64,000 nucleotides of DNA from Eukaryota sp. GEM-RC1 (GCA_040285855.1 JAUFOQ010000016.1:2604001-2668000), one strand, 5' to 3'. Positions 45,040-60,160 are shown, numbered from the stretch's first letter. The notes: a model not told the origin generated them from the sequence alone. Program-made: numbers and translations.

Positions 45040-46400
45040 TTATCAGACGATCACTTATAATCTGCTTATACTGTTTCAATAAACCATTTCATGGGCAAAT
45101 CATTTTTTTGTGTAAATCTCAGATTGCTACAATGTTTCTCCAATGTACACCAACATTAGTAAGATGCTGTTAGAGATCAAATTCATGCCATGTGTAAGTC
45201 CTTCAAAATTGAATCATTCGTTGAGCCATTATTGAGATCACTGGAAATCAATAATTTAAAAAATAGTGATTTTGGTAAGACTTTTGGTAAAAGAAGAGCT
45301 GATGTCAATTAATAAGTTTCGGTTTGTACAAGAACTCTGGTGTCGTTCAACAGACAATGTCGGTGTTTAGTATCACTCACTTTATATGTGTATTTGTTTG
45401 AGGTGAAGAAGAGCAGTAAAGGCTGCAAGGGCAATTTTCATAAATATGACTTGAACTTTTTCTGATTATGCCAATAGCAACTCTTTAAGTGTTAATCTAG
45501 TATACTAATCAATGCAAGCCCTTAGAAGTGCCATGCAATGGATCGAAAATGAAACAGGAAAAAAATATTTGGTTAATCCACCAACCCACGGCAGCTTACT
45601 AGTATAACGATATGTACAATTCCAAATATTATTGGCATTGAATGCTGATATCAAAAAGTGATTTATAAAAAAACATGTAAATCATGTGTGTAAAAACATG
45701 TGATCTTTTCAGAAGTGTTAGTCTATTTCTTCAACGATACCGCTATAACGGTGTGATCCACAACTTCGACAATTATGGAAAATTGGCTGTTAAATTCTCC
45801 ATTCATGTAACTCATAACGCACCTGCTTATGCTCTTCTCAATCAGAATGCGGATTTATTTTTTGGTTGAACAATACTTCAGCATAGGAAAGCCGCTAGCA
45901 ATGAAAGTGTTTTCAATAAAAAAAGAGCAGATGTCAATATTCCATCAATGATGAACTTACGGTTATTGATGTGATTACAGTTATTTTTTGTAGAAAAAGT
46001 TCATTTAAAGATATTAAAAATGAAGTTTCTCCCCTTGACATCTCAGAGAAATTTAAGTCAAATTTCTCCGATACCCCTGACAGCTCTCAAACATACAAGG
46101 CATGTTGAGTACAAACTACTAATTTCAATTGATGGTCGATGATACTTTTTGTCTTCTCTCACATTTTGAAAGATTGTCAAATAAGGAATGAACATGAAAT
46201 TTGATTTTAAGTGTTGGCTGAATCGTATTGTCTTTACAATTTTTAAAACAATTCCCGTTATGATTTCTAAAGCACTATCAGCTCTCAGTATTATCTATGA
46301 AGAAAGAGCTAATGTGAGTGTCAATGGCAACGAATGTTGCTTTAATGATACTGAGTTCAGTTCTAGTGTTTGTTCTTTTCTCACCGTTTCCAAATAGTTG
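45040..46400 (+). mobile_element. Cluster of degenerate RLE-type non-LTR retrotransposon fragments
   Basis: DAVRDQIHAMCKSFKIESFVEPLL...GKRRADV; a second KRADV; WLNRIVFTIFKTIPVMISKAL. Confidence 0.75.
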
Positions 46401-46641
46401 TCATCAACCAGAACATGATCTAAATCATTAGTCAGTCAACATTTTTGAAGTCAGTTGTAACAGTATGAACAACAGTGTTGAACCAAACGCTGAATCCAAC
46501 TTGCTACGTTAACGAAAGTTCTTTTCGTATACACGAAATGAAGATATGTTTATCAAAAAGTGCTTAACATTGTGACCTCACTTTGTAAAAGGAGTTTCGA
46601 ATTCAAATAAAAATTGAATTTTAACATTTCCCTACACTACT

Positions 46642-49600
46642 ATGAACGGAACAGTTTCTGTTTTCGTTCTTTTGAAGTCCGCCCATGGTCCTTTCTGTCT
46701 CAAAGGATCCTTTAATCGTTGGTCGAGTCCAGTTGAGCTGACCCAATTAGGACATGGGTGCTGCTGGCTAGCTTTACTCGAGAGACGACCATTCGCCTAC
46801 AAATATTACTCCACAAGGAAAGCAGAGTCACGACCTAATCGCTTCTATGATGGTGAGCATTCAATTATTGTCGACCATCGTTTTGCTTGTACCACAGACT
46901 TTTCTGCTTGTGAATTGCTGATTGCTCTCGCCGATGTTCTTCTTAATGGCATTCAGTACATTAATGATCCTGCTTTTCTCTGTCGTGCCGTAAAACTGAT
47001 ATTTAAGACGATTATTAATGAGGTGTTTGTGTCAGATTCTTCTTCACAAGAACTCTATGATGGGATTCAGTATGCCATTAGAGTTCTTACATATTACAAG
47101 CAGCTACCTCTCCTCATTGATTGTTTAGCTAGGTTCACATGTCTTCGGAACAACGTCTCAAAAGAGTCTCTTGCTTTGATTTTTAAGCATCCACAGTTTT
47201 GGTCGAATCCCAAGTCATTTCTTATATCCCATCATGTTCTGAGACATCACTCCGATCCTTCTTTCTTATTTCCAGTGTTCTCTGTTCTGTCTGACAATTC
47301 TTCCCTTTATCCAAATTTTCGATCTCTTTCTCAACATGAACATTTGCTCAGTCAAAGCCTCCGTTCTTTCAAAGATCAATCTCTTCCTTGCTTCCTCCGT
47401 CTCGCTTCTTCTCCTTTTCCCAAAGAGCTTTCCCACCAATTATGTACTCAACTAATTGATGTTCTCCCCGTAGCTACCTCTCTCTCAAGGTTCATGACTC
47501 TCTTCACGAACCAATGCTAAATCGGCTTCAGCGTAATAACAATTCGCTACTCCTCGCTAAGTTCCTCTTCAGGAACTGGAAAGATGACTTACTTTCCTCC
47601 GACAACTTCGTTAAGTCCGTTGGCTTGATCATTCAACACAATCCTCATGCTTTAGCGTTTGTAGCCACACATCTCAATAACAATGCTCAGTTTTGGGACC
47701 ATTTAAAGAAGTTTAAATCCACTGAGTCTGTTGTACAAGCTATTCCAGTCATTGTTGAATTTTTCGAACTAGACTCTAAAACTCAAAAAGTTTTGATTGT
47801 AATCCTGACAGAATTTGTACAAAAACTTCTGTTCCTAATGTGTTCCAAACTCTTGTTTTAGGTCTTCCCAAGATCTTTAATGGATGGTCAGAAACTCCAG
47901 AAATTCTACGATATTTGTGCCAACAGTTCCCCAACCTTTCCCCTGTTTGTCTAGAAAGCTTTATTGAACAACCATTACGTGAAGCTTATGTCGTTCTAGA
48001 ACACGACATTAAGAAAACTCCTTTGAGTCAAGCAGTTAGTTATTGCAAGAAGATATACGAAAGCGTTGAAGAAACTTGTGTCGTTGGAGATATTCTTATA
48101 TTAAAAGAAGGAACTAACTTTGAAAAGTTCATTGCTAATTTTGCTCCTTTTCATTTATTACAAGACCAAGGAAGTTCTGAAGTTGATAATGTTGAATCTT
48201 CTCTTCGCACTAGATTTACTGAATTATTTACTGAAATGGAACTCTTCCAACACAAAATAAGAGATTTTATTACCATTGCAGAATCCTTTGAACTTTCAGA
48301 TGAAGTAAACGTGATCCAACAGTTCAAAGATTCCCTTCCCCTTCTAATGAGAAGTTATCTAATGTATTGGCTAATCCAATTTCTACTGTGGTTACTCAGA
48401 TTGTTTCCACCTTTTTAGATGACGTTCAGTTCGATGAGAAGTTCCGTCCTGAAACTGTTGTTGCAAAGATCTCTTCTACGGCTCTATTTCGTCATTTCTA
48501 TACCAGCTATGTAAATAACGTTCCGCCCAGTGATCACGAACAAGTAGTAGTAGATGGGAATGAAGAGGGGGAGAATGTGCCTGAAGAAGAACCTGAAGAA
48601 GATGATATTGTTGAAGAAGATCATGAAGCTAGTTCTGAAGAAGATCAAGATGATAATGTCCCTGCAGGACTTGATCCTGTATCAGCTGCTACTACAATTT
48701 CTCAACAAATTCTACAGTTCATTTTCCAACTGCTTGAACCTGATGTCAAGGCTTCTCATTTGGAGTCTATTTATAGTAGTTTTAATGAAGAAGAAATGTC
48801 TAATGAAATGGAAATTATCTCTCTTATTGATTCCTCTGGAAAACTTCAGAAAGACGTGCTTTTCAATATCAAATCATGGGTCAATCGTCACGTGTGGGAT
48901 CCAATCATTGCATGTTTCCAGAATGTTTCTGGATTATTTAGTTCAATCAAAGTTTCAGCATCCAATTCTGATAAAGAAATTCCTTCTGTTGAAGAACTTT
49001 CTTCAGAATCTCTATTATCTGACTTTGGATCTTACTCCAAGAAGTTCAGCTCAATGGTTGATTGTAGTCATTGCAATCGTACGTCACCGCCACTGTATTT
49101 ACAAATCTTCCAACTTCTGAACAATGCGGATGACTTACTTTCAATTCTGAACAAATACTCTACTTTAACACCGGAAGAACTTTCATCAAAGCTATATGGT
49201 AACTTTGCCGCCTCTTATACTGTTAATAGCTCTGTGGCTCAGTTTTTTATCAGTATGTTGGATGATCCGAAATCTCTTTGGAATTCTGTATTAAAGCCAG
49301 TATTTGATGCTGTTCATTTTGATGATGAAATTGTCAACGTTGACATTCTACAGTTATTAGACACACTTCATACATGGATGAACGAAAATTGTCACTCTCC
49401 TCAACGCGTTGCTGCCGATTGTAAGTCAATCAATCAATTAAAGAGTGCAATCAAGGCAATTGATGAATTGTTAGGCAGTGATGGCGATCAATCTGCATTG
49501 ATTAATATCATTTCTAAGTGTAATTTCCAAAAGGAACGCTTCTTTTTAATCTTGAAACCATTACTGTCGGTCTGCAACTTCCTACTGGAGAAGGCACTCA

Positions 49601-52600
49601 AATAGATGTCCCTGAAGAGGAGTTTCATAGAGCTCGAGCTGAAGGAATTATTTTACAAGCAGAATCTATTGAGAATAGTGAGGAACAAGTTGATCGTAAG
49701 TCTGGAGTTGATGATGAAAAAAGAGATCAATTTTTAAATATGTGCCAGCTAGTTGATGAAACTCTTTTCATTTTGAGACAATTAGTAGATTGTGGTTTTC
49801 CCATCAAATCTAATGAGGCTGAACTTATTGTCATGATTGAAGAACAAAACTCTGGTATTGAAGAACAAGTCGAGACTTTACGAGAATTACGTGATACTTG
49901 GATGACTCTCTTGGAACAAGCTCAAAATGGCTGGTTTCGAGGAATGCATCCGAAAGAAATTTCCAATTTTTTCTTGAATCGTCAAGTGTCTGATATAGTG
50001 AGATACTTTCATCTGTCCGGGTTGGACTGTAATTCAATCCAATCAAGGAAAAATGTTCAATCTGGAATTGATGCTTGTCCCTCTGTTAGTGACACACTGC
50101 AGGAAGTTTTGAATTTTAGGGAACCATCATCTGTTGAAATCAAAGGTCAATCAATTACGTACTTTCAATCAGATTCTCTATCAAATCTGTTTAGTGATGC
50201 TTTGAAAGTAGCAGTTCATAGAGAGATTGAATTAAACATTCGAAATGTTTTAATTTGTAATTGGGAAACTTCGTTCAGTTCTTTAGTTGCAGTTATGTCT
50301 GACTCACTAGTATCTGAACGATTAATTATTGGTTTTGATCAATTGAAATTTTCTGTTAGGGAACAGCTCTATACCTACATGAAGGATAAGAACGAGGAAA
50401 ATTTTAAAATTTCTGTAGTTGGGTGTGGTACAGATTTCCTTGACAATACCCACTCTGTACTTGGTACCCTTCCTTCGGAAGTTGACTTATCTTCAGTATT
50501 AGAAAGTTGTTCTGTAGGTGCAATTTACACGTCAGCAGTACCTGGTCAAGGTAAAACTACAAGATGTTTAAGAGAATGCGTTCCTGAAGGTTTGGTTGAA
50601 ACTCATCCGAAAACATTTAATATTTCTGGAAAAGTCAATATCTCTGAATTTATTGAAAAATATCTTCGTGATGATAAGATATTTTGGGCAAATCGAAATA
50701 TTCATTTAGATATTCGAGAGCCGTTGGATGTTTTAAAAAGAACCTTCACTCGGGAACACTGGACAACGTCATCCAAATTGACTTCCCAAGACTTCTACAA
50801 TACAGGTTACATTTTGTTTTCCTTGTCTTTTCTCTCAGGTCTTCGTCACAATGGTTCTATTTTTAGACTTGGAAGAAAAGATGTATATTGAGTTTGCTTC
50901 ATATTCCAAAGCCAGTTTAACTCCATTCAATTGGTATAATTCTCTTATTGATTCTTTATATCCAAACAAAGATGGTCTTGTCAATGAACTTACTTTTGAT
51001 TTTTCCCATGTTAAATTCACTTCTGAAGAAATGAAAGTTTACGTTGCCAAAATTATTTCCTCTCTTTCCTCTCTTCTCAATTCTTCTGCTTCGTTAGAGC
51101 CTCTTTTTACTAATACTTTTGCAGATCTACCTCCTCCTCATCAAAGTCAATGGTCATTTAGACTTCTTACTGATATTGTTTCTTTATTGGGATCTCAATT
51201 GAATTATTTTGATCAAGCCGTTGCCTTTTCTCCTGAGATTATGGCTCTAAATGGGTATAATACTAGTCTAATTCAAGCCATTCGCCGTGATGTCATTGAT
51301 TTGCTGTGTGGTTTTTCCCGTCAGACCGTCCTCATGTCAGTTCCTACTACAAATGTGGATAGAAAGGAAGTTGTGGTCAATTGGAATGATATGAATCATG
51401 TTATGTTCATGTTAACTCGTGATTCTCCTTCATTTACAGTTCCAAGAGGAAGCAGAGTTCCAAATGCTCTTAAATCGTATATTAGGGATAATACATCTTC
51501 AACAGATTCTCCTGAAATTCCAGCCACTGATGAAGGTAAAATTTCAAAAATTCGAGCATTTACTTTTGATGTTCCGGTACCACCTAAATTATGGAAAGAA
51601 CGTTTCGGAAACTATGCCCTCACTGGTGATGCTTACCTTAAACAGACCTTAATTGCTCTCAGATTTTCTGCTAATTTGCCTACCATTCTTCGAGGTGCTA
51701 GTGGTGTTGGAAAAACTCATTTACTGGAATGTTTAAGTTTTATTTTATTTTGGAATGGATCTGCTGAAACTTCCAATTTATGGGAAGAATTATTTGTTAA
51801 TGTTACTGTAAATGCTGGTACAGAACTTCACGAAGTAGAAGATACTATTAAAAGGGTCAATGATCTCGCCATACTACTTCCTCCTGAAAGTCCTCTCTTT
51901 CCAATTCTATTTTTAGATGAATGTAATGCTTCTGATTTCTTAGGACTCGTGTCTTGTTTAATTACCAACAGAAAGCTTGGAACTCTAACTTTACATCCAA
52001 AAGTCCGCTTAATTGCTGCTATCAATCCATATCAAAAAGGTGATGGTGATAAGCTTTTGTATAATGTTCACCCAGAACCTTCATGTTTAATCCCTCTCAT
52101 GATGGACTTTGGTAAGTTGTCGGAAAAGGATGAAGAAGAATATGTTATTAAAATTGCCGAAAGAGCAGATTTGTTATCTGAAGGCATTTGCTCACCTTCA
52201 GACGTTCTTTTATTAGCTACAATTCTGTCTCACATCCACAGATGTTTGAACGATCCAAAAGTTGCTGCTAATATTCCTTGGATGATCTCTCTTCGAGATG
52301 CAGTTAGAGCAACACGAATTTTAAAGTTTTTAATTGAATTTAAAACAAATCTTGCCCCGGATCTCATGTTCTTCTCTGAGTCCACTTTTTCACATTTACT
52401 TCTCTTAACTGTTTACGTGTGCTACATTCTCAGACTACCTACTAAAGTTGGCCAGGATGCTCTCCTTTTAAGAATCTGTAATGTCCTGGGCACTGTACCG
52501 TTTACTGCTAGACAACGAATCAATACAACTTTGTCTCAATTTGTAGACTTGGGAACTCTTCCTGAAGGTGTTCGTAAAACTACCTACTTTTTGGAAAATA

Positions 52601-55600
52601 CTTTTGCAATGTTTCTTGCCTTAATTTCTAGAACTCCAATTATGGTTATTGGTGCTCCAGGAACTTCAAAGTCTCTTTCACTTACTGTTTTACTTACTTT
52701 TCTTTCCTCAATTAATACTTCTGAGTCGGGTTTTCATCGTATTTTCCCTCATCATTTCCAAGGAAGTCACGCGGCAACTACTAAATCAGTAATGACTGTG
52801 GTAGATAGAGTCAAGAAAAGTGCAGTAGAGGATACCAACGTTCGACATGCTTTAATTATGGATGAAATTTCTTTACTTTTAGATGCTCCTGCAAACCCTC
52901 TAAAGTGTTTACATTCTGTCCTGGAACCTCGAGAAGAAAAAGTACCTCTGTTTGCCTTCATTGGAATCTCTAATTCAGACTTTGATGCCGCTCCTTCTAG
53001 TCGTGCTATCGTCATCCATCGTCAGGAGCCCTCTGATGCTGAACTCACTGCTTTACTGAAGGAAATTGGCCAGTATAATGATGACAGAATTCCTAGGCAG
53101 CTGACGGAGTTTCATAAGCGTATGAAGTATTTGGCCAGCCAACTTCATCCATCTCACGGTATTAATTTCTTTGGAATGAGAGACTGTTATCAGCTCACAA
53201 AGTGGTTAAGTACAGTAGATTTTTCCAGAACAAATCACCGTCGTAATTTTTTAAGAGCCTATGGAGGTTTAAGTTTGAAGAATGATGCTGTTTTTGATAC
53301 TGTTTCCAAAATCTTTACCTCGCAAGTTCCTCAAGGTGCTGTAAAATACTGGAAATTCTGGCGACCTGTCCGCAACCAGGCGATTTCACCCAGTTATCGA
53401 TTACAACTTGAACATGAATCATTTAAAGCGTGTTGTTACTCAGTGCACGATCATACTCCTGAATCAAGGCACATTCTCTTTATAGGTTCACTTCGGCATT
53501 CATTGTATATTATCAGAAGATCTCGAAAAGATGTTGATATTGTTGTGGTTCAAGGTTCAAGGTTTGAGAAAGATGCTTATAATGACGTGTCCTACAATCA
53601 CCTATCAAAAGTGATTACTGCTGTAAAGTTAGGTAAAGTAATTGTTCTTTCTGGTACTGAACACATTATTGGAGCTTTGTTCGATTTAATCAATAAGAAT
53701 TACCTTAGAAAAGATACTAAAACCCGTGATGCTCTTTGTAGAGTGGCTTTAGGACCTGTTTCTAACTCTTTGTGCCACGTCAATGAAAAAACTAAAATTA
53801 TTTTGGTAGTTTCAGAGGAAAATTTAAAATCTACACCTCCCGCTCTCTTGAACAGAATGGAAAAGTTTGTTTTATCAGACTTAGCTCCTTCTGAGGAGTC
53901 CAGTGATGTTATTGAAAGCCTGTTTGATGATTTAGGTGTTTTAAAATCTCTACCAAAATGTTCAATTACTGATTCTCAAATTCGTCAAAACTTCCTATCT
54001 GAGTTGCAACTTGTTGATAATCTTCGTCTTGAACGTCTTCATTTCCTTGCAAATCCTGCTCGTGTTATTTCATCTAACAGTCACTCCTATGATGGCCCTT
54101 TTCTTACTCTTACCCATGCCCTTGGCCACCTTTCTAGTCTTGATGTACTTCAACATCCACTTAAGGTCGTAGCTCTGTCTAAAGTGTTTGGACAATCATT
54201 TGACTCATTGCCTGGATATGAGTCAATTAAAATCACCAACGTATCTAGTGTTTCTGAATCTAGTGATTTAAAAACATTATTGAAAAATACTGGTATTGAA
54301 ATAATCCAAAAATTACTTGACGAAGATGCAGCAGAAACCGCCAAATCTTTGTTGGTTATTAGAATTGAAGGTGATGTGGCTAAACATTATGATTTCATTG
54401 AAGAGTTTAATATTCACGAAGTGTTAAACAAATACTTCAGCCAACACGCAGATCCCCAAGTGTTTTCAAAGTATCTCTTAAATTTGGATATTGTAATCAC
54501 CATGATTAATGGTGAAGGTCTACAGCTCTCTCCACTTTCTTCTTTTATTGCTGTCTATTGTGACTCAATTAACTATGTTTCTATAGTTGGTTACACTGTT
54601 TCTAATATTTCTGAATTATTGAATTTTTCTGTATCTGATAATCAACATGACCATTTATTACCACTGTATGGATCACTCCTAGTTCCTGCCCTAATGAAAC
54701 TGTCCCTTCCTCCTGCCAAAATTCGACCTTGCTATCAAATGGTCACGTCATTAGGAGATGCTTTTGTTGAATTTTTCCACGAGGTCCTTCCTATTCGTCA
54801 AGAATCTGACAGAATTCCAGCTTCTCCAAATATTCGGTTCAATGTTTCTACCAATGAAACTAAATGTTTATTGGAACAACTTGATTTATTTGTTAAAGAT
54901 CATTTGCTTTCTCAATTACAGGGGTTTTTCTCTATCTTAATTGATTGGAATTTGATTATTCCTTATCATGTAGGTGATGGTGCCATGTCTAGTAAATTGT
55001 ACCTTCACTGTGTTAGTTGGATTCTGACAAAATTACCACAGTGGAATTCAGCATCTAATTCTTTTGAAATCTCAAATTTTGATAGGCTTCCATTTATTTA
55101 CTTTTTTTGTGCTTTAATTGAACACCATCGTAATAACAATTCCGAACTTGCAGTCTTTTTGGAACTCATTGAAGAAATGTCAGACCGTCATATTTTGCTT
55201 CACAATTACAATTGCGAATTTGGAGAAAACAATATCACCTCAATTGTTCAACCAATATTTGAATATTTCCAGGTTTCAGATTTCCTTGTCGATTCTTTCG
55301 TTCAAAATACTCCTGAATGTTCCTCAATCGTTGATATTTTTGCTGAGCTTTACATTTTCTTGACAAACAATCAACTTTATCACCAATCACTTGTTATTGC
55401 TCATCTGCAATCACTCAACCAGCCAATCCATGGGGATCAATCAACGACAGCTCTGGGTTTCCAGCTCATTAATTCTCTCCAACCTGAAGCTAAAGAAGCT
55501 GTGTCATCTCATCTTTCTTTAGAGATTGAGGATAGTTCTTTAGGCAGAATATGTACTTCTTGGTTAAAGTTGGCATATGTTCATGATTGTTCTGACGAAC

Positions 55601-58576
55601 TTGCTTCTGAGAATTTAATTACTAGCGAACAAGGTGTTTTAGACACTATTAAATTCTTCTTGTCAGATCCAACACCTAATCGGTTACGTGTCATTGGAGC
55701 TCTTTGTGATCATTTTGATCCTGAGTTGTTGTTACAGTCTAATCTTTTTGAGCTTGTTAGTGATCCTTCTGTTATTGGTGACGTGACTCCTTTAATATTT
55801 GAAAAATTGTTTGAAAAATTGAAATTGAATCCGAACAACCAAAACTTATGGTCATTTATTGAATCAACCCCCACCTGTCTTGAATCTCTTCTCTTAATGT
55901 ACCGTGATTCTGAATCTTTTCTATGGTTTTTGGCTTCCTTGTCTCAGTCTTTTGCTTCATGTCTGTCTAAGCTTGGATTCCAATTACCAACTCTGTCTGA
56001 AGTACTGGCTAAGTTACGTGAAGCCTCACAACTAATTCTAATTACTCTTTATAGTAAGTTATTTTCTATCTTGGTTACAGATCTTATTGACAAAAACCAA
56101 CCACTTCCTATCGAAGTTTTGAACTTCTCACTTGACCAATCAGAACAGACAAAATCACATTTGATTGGAACAAAGACTTTCCTTATTCGTTTACTTTTAT
56201 CACGTGGAACTGAGGGTGAAGCTATGGAAGCACTTGTGAGACTTGTCAAAGATTCTAATGGAAATGCAAAACAAAAGGAACAGTTACTTGCCCCATTGAT
56301 TACAAATGATGACGATTTTAATGCTCTAGCAGGTGATACTGACTATAAGAGTAATCCTGCAATCATTGAAGAAGTCCAACGACTTCAAAGCGGAACTATT
56401 GACCTATCTGAAATCACAGGACATAAGGTTTCTGCTATTTTAATTTCTAAGAATAAGAATATACCTGACTCAAATTTTAAACAACTTTTCAATGTTTTTG
56501 AAAATTTTCTTTCCTGTATACTCACACTTGGTGAAATTTTAAATTCTGATGCTTGTCAAGTCTTTACTAATTCCTCTATTGAAACTGCTTTTATTCCCTT
56601 CAATTTCCCAAATAGTTGTTTTTCAAGAATTGATATAAGTAGGTATGAGGTTCATAGCTACTACTGTTTAACTTGTGGTCACACTCAAATCATTGGTGAG
56701 TGTGGTAATTCAGGAGTTGAAGAACATGGTAATAATCCTGATGTTTGGACTGGCCCAGATCAACACAAGTGTCCAAAATGTTCTGCAGTCAATTGGTCAC
56801 CAATGGATTCTTCACCTGAAGTTCCTTTCAAACACTTTTCCTCCAATCCTCAATGGCAACCTGGACTACAACCTGGTCGTTACGATGTATTTACTAATGG
56901 AACTCTAGAACCTTGTATGAAGGGTTTATTCCGCTATTCAAATCTAAGATCTTGGTTACTTGGATCAAGTATCTTTCTATACATGGTCTTAGCTCGTGCT
57001 TGTGTTACTAATGGTATTGGAGACCAGTATGCTAGAATGTATGACGTTGAACATGGATTGGCTCAACTTCGTGATACATTAATTGAATGTTTAGAAGTTT
57101 TGGCCAACATTCTGCGTGTAACTAGACCTCAAGTGTCTTTAATCATTGCACACGTAATTCGAAAGATTTCTACTGAAATTCCAAATTTTGTATGTGCAAC
57201 AATTGAGGAAAAGTTTGAAGCTGAAGCTCGTATCATGACCATTCTTGATTCAATTGAACTTGATCCACTTCCCAAGTCTGATGTAACTGCTCTTACTTTG
57301 AGCTCTAGAATTGAGGGAGTTTCAATAGACGAATTGGGTAGTGATGTTGCTGCGTTGTCATCTTTGGTTGCGTCGTCACCGATTGTTAGTGAAATTCCTG
57401 ATACTTCGTCACCTCTTTTAGGTGACATTGACCTTAAAAAATCAAAGACCTTTATGAGTGTCACAAAAGATCTCCCTGAATTCCTTACACTATTGAAATT
57501 TGTTCGTGATAATACTGTTTCAATGCTCAAACACAAAGCTATTGCAACCACAACAAAATCAATTCTGACTGATCAACCACGTAAAAGGATGTTCGACAAA
57601 GCTCGTTTTAATTTCAAAAACATTATGTCTGAATTGAAACCAAGATCGGGAAATTTAACTGTTGGTTGTAACTCTCTCATTGTTCCAAACGAAATTTCTG
57701 ATTCTCATTGCCTTGGATTATTCACTCTTGACGATTCTGGTGATTCATTGCCTATTCGAACTCTAATTGAAGAGGAATTTGTCAATACTCATAATACTCT
57801 TGTTGGAAATTATTCATTGGGATCGATTGATTTCTTTTCAATCAATTCTGATTCCTTTGTTCAAATCAAGTGTGATCGTCGCGGAATCACCCTTGATCCT
57901 TTCACTCTGCCGTTTACGTGTTGTAGATCACGTTTATGACGGTTACATTCTTTCTGGATTGATTAAACATAAAATTGAACCAATAGAATCTCCTGAGTTC
58001 CTCCTTTCTAAAACCAAGGACTTATATGACTTAGAAGACCTTCTATTTAAAGAAGGTTTTACTGTTGATGATAATGTTGATTGTCCATCTTCTATTTTTG
58101 ATGATGATTACCTACCTCTGTATAATGAAATTATTATTGTCACTAGAACTATCGCTACAGAACCTCCAAATGACCGATCTATTAGCTTAAAGACATTTCT
58201 TGAGGATAGAAGACTTGATGACTTTTGCCAAAATATTGGACTCCATTTTGAAAATGAATCCGTCGAACATATTTTGACAATATTGAATTTGGTTGAGCAG
58301 AATTTCCCATACGAGCTCCTCGAAGAATTGGCTCAGCTTCAATTCAAGTGCAAGCTTCCCACTAAGAAGGAAGAATATTTACTCAAGCTTAAAAGAAGTC
58401 CTTATGTCGGAACTTATATCAGTTTATTAAAGAAGTTTGTTTTGAGAGTTGGAATTCATCCCATGGATTCTCAAGACTGTGAAGTTTGTTATTACAATGA
58501 AGATTTAGAATTTTTGAAAGATTCTCAATTGCTAGTGTCTCAGATATTCTACGGTTTGTCGAAATTGTCCATGTAG
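46642..58576 (+). CDS. RNF213: RNF213/mysterin-like giant AAA+ ATPase with RZ finger (~3,900 aa; about 7 frameshifts, probably assembly errors)
   Basis: N-terminal CBM20-like segment (GSFNRW...FAYKY); GQGKT; LRGASGVGKT/FLDECN/AAINPY/DFGKL/ISLRD; VIGAPGTSKS/MDEISL/NPLKCLH/FIGISN; FFGMRD; GSRFEKD; LFDLINKNY; CRVALG; PPALLNRMEK; RZ finger CLTCGH-x3-IGECG...CPKC. Confidence 0.88.
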
Positions 58577-59131
58577 CTTTGTAAATATAGGAATACATTG
58601 ATATACTCTTTTTTCTACACAATGTAGGTACATTAAATGGTTTAATTAGACATAGACTATTCGTGGATTTAAGCTTTCTGGCCCAGAGGATTCCATACAA
58701 ATAAAATTTGAAATTTGAAATTTTAATGAAACGCAAAATCATAGATGTCTCGTTAGCATGTAAGAGCATGTTCTTACTTTGTTTTTCACAGATACCTTTT
58801 TGTGCCTTATTGTGTGATTGTTTAGCGCCCAATGGTGTTTAGACTATTTAAACGAATTCAAAACAATCATAAAAAAAGGGTGTGCAAACCATACTTGCAG
58901 AATACAAATTCTAAATATTGCTACATTTTCTAGTTTTTGTATATTGTACGGTACGTAACACACGATCACACTGTGTTTTTGTTGTTTTTGTTTTTTCATC
59001 CATACTTTTTAACTTTAAAAGACAACTGTATATCTAGAAAAAATACCATTCTACTTTGCACATTTCAAAACGTATTTAGGAAATGCAGACACACTGTCCT
59101 GTATTAATATATCTGTTTCCTGACATTGAAC

Positions 59132-60160
59132 CAGTGTTCGAAATTTCTCACGTGTTTTTTAAAAGACACGCGTGTCCACACGGTGTCTTTGATGCAGGCT
59201 TGTCACTTGATAAAAAACGTTTAAAACGTATTTTGAAAAAACGACGTTTTTTATTCTTGTCAACGTTTTTTATATTCTAGATTGACACAAACAGCACGAC
59301 TTTCTACTCCACTGTTGTCTTAATATGACAGTTGTTACTTTATGTATGTTGTTTCTGACCAAGCAAGACTGAAACAAGGCTAGAGTATTTGTTGGTGACA
59401 CTACTGGTACAGTATATGCTCTTTGGTTCTGAATCTGAGTGAAGAGACCTTCAGGTGCACTCGAACAGTGTTTTTGTTACATATACCCCGTTATCTTCCC
59501 GTCCTGACCACGTGATCATCGTTAGATGAGCACTTATGTTATACTTCCAATCTCAAAAGAACATAGCTGCAATGATCGAACTATGGAAGATTTGTTTGAT
59601 GAAAATGAAGTGAGAAAAAGTGAAAAGTTGAAAAAGTTGATCTGCCCTTTTTGAACGTTTTTTATTAAATTCGAAAAAAACGTAAAAAACGATAAAAAAC
59701 GTCGTTTTTTATTTTTGATCAACATTTTTTACAAGCCTGCTTTGATGTGTCTTTTGGGTGTTTTTGCGTGTTTTTTTGAAAAAAATTCTGATTCATAATG
59801 CACAGTTTGACTATCAAAACATTCTTTTGGGCCAATTCTTGCCTTTATCTGACATCATATCACTGAATCTCGGCTTCTGTGGTTCTGTTGAGTTGAATTG
59901 GTGTTCTAGGTTTTTTTGACAGCGCATCATGTCATTTTTCTGCCACTATTTGTTGGCATCGTAGTCTACTGTGGTATAACATATAGAAAAACATTCAAGT
60001 CGAACAATATCGAGGGAAATAGAAATGTACTTTCGAGGTTTTCTAGGATTTTTGGCAGAGAAACACGTACACACGCGGTGTCTTTTTGCGTGTTTTTCAA
60101 AAGACACCGTGTCCGTGTCCAAACGTTTCTGAACGTGTCCACGCGTGTCTTCGAACACTG
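59132..60160. mobile_element. hAT-type MITE (outer element)
   Basis: TIR CAGTGTTCGAA / TTCGAACACTG, perfect 8-bp TSD CATTGAAC (59124-59131 and 60161-60168), subterminal GACAC/GTGTC repeats. Confidence 0.92.
59195..59739. mobile_element. hAT-type MITE (inner element, nested)
   Basis: TIR CAGGCTTGT / ACAAGCCTG, perfect 8-bp TSD CTTTGATG (59187-59194 and 59740-59747), subterminal AAAACG/CGTTTT repeats. Confidence 0.92.
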
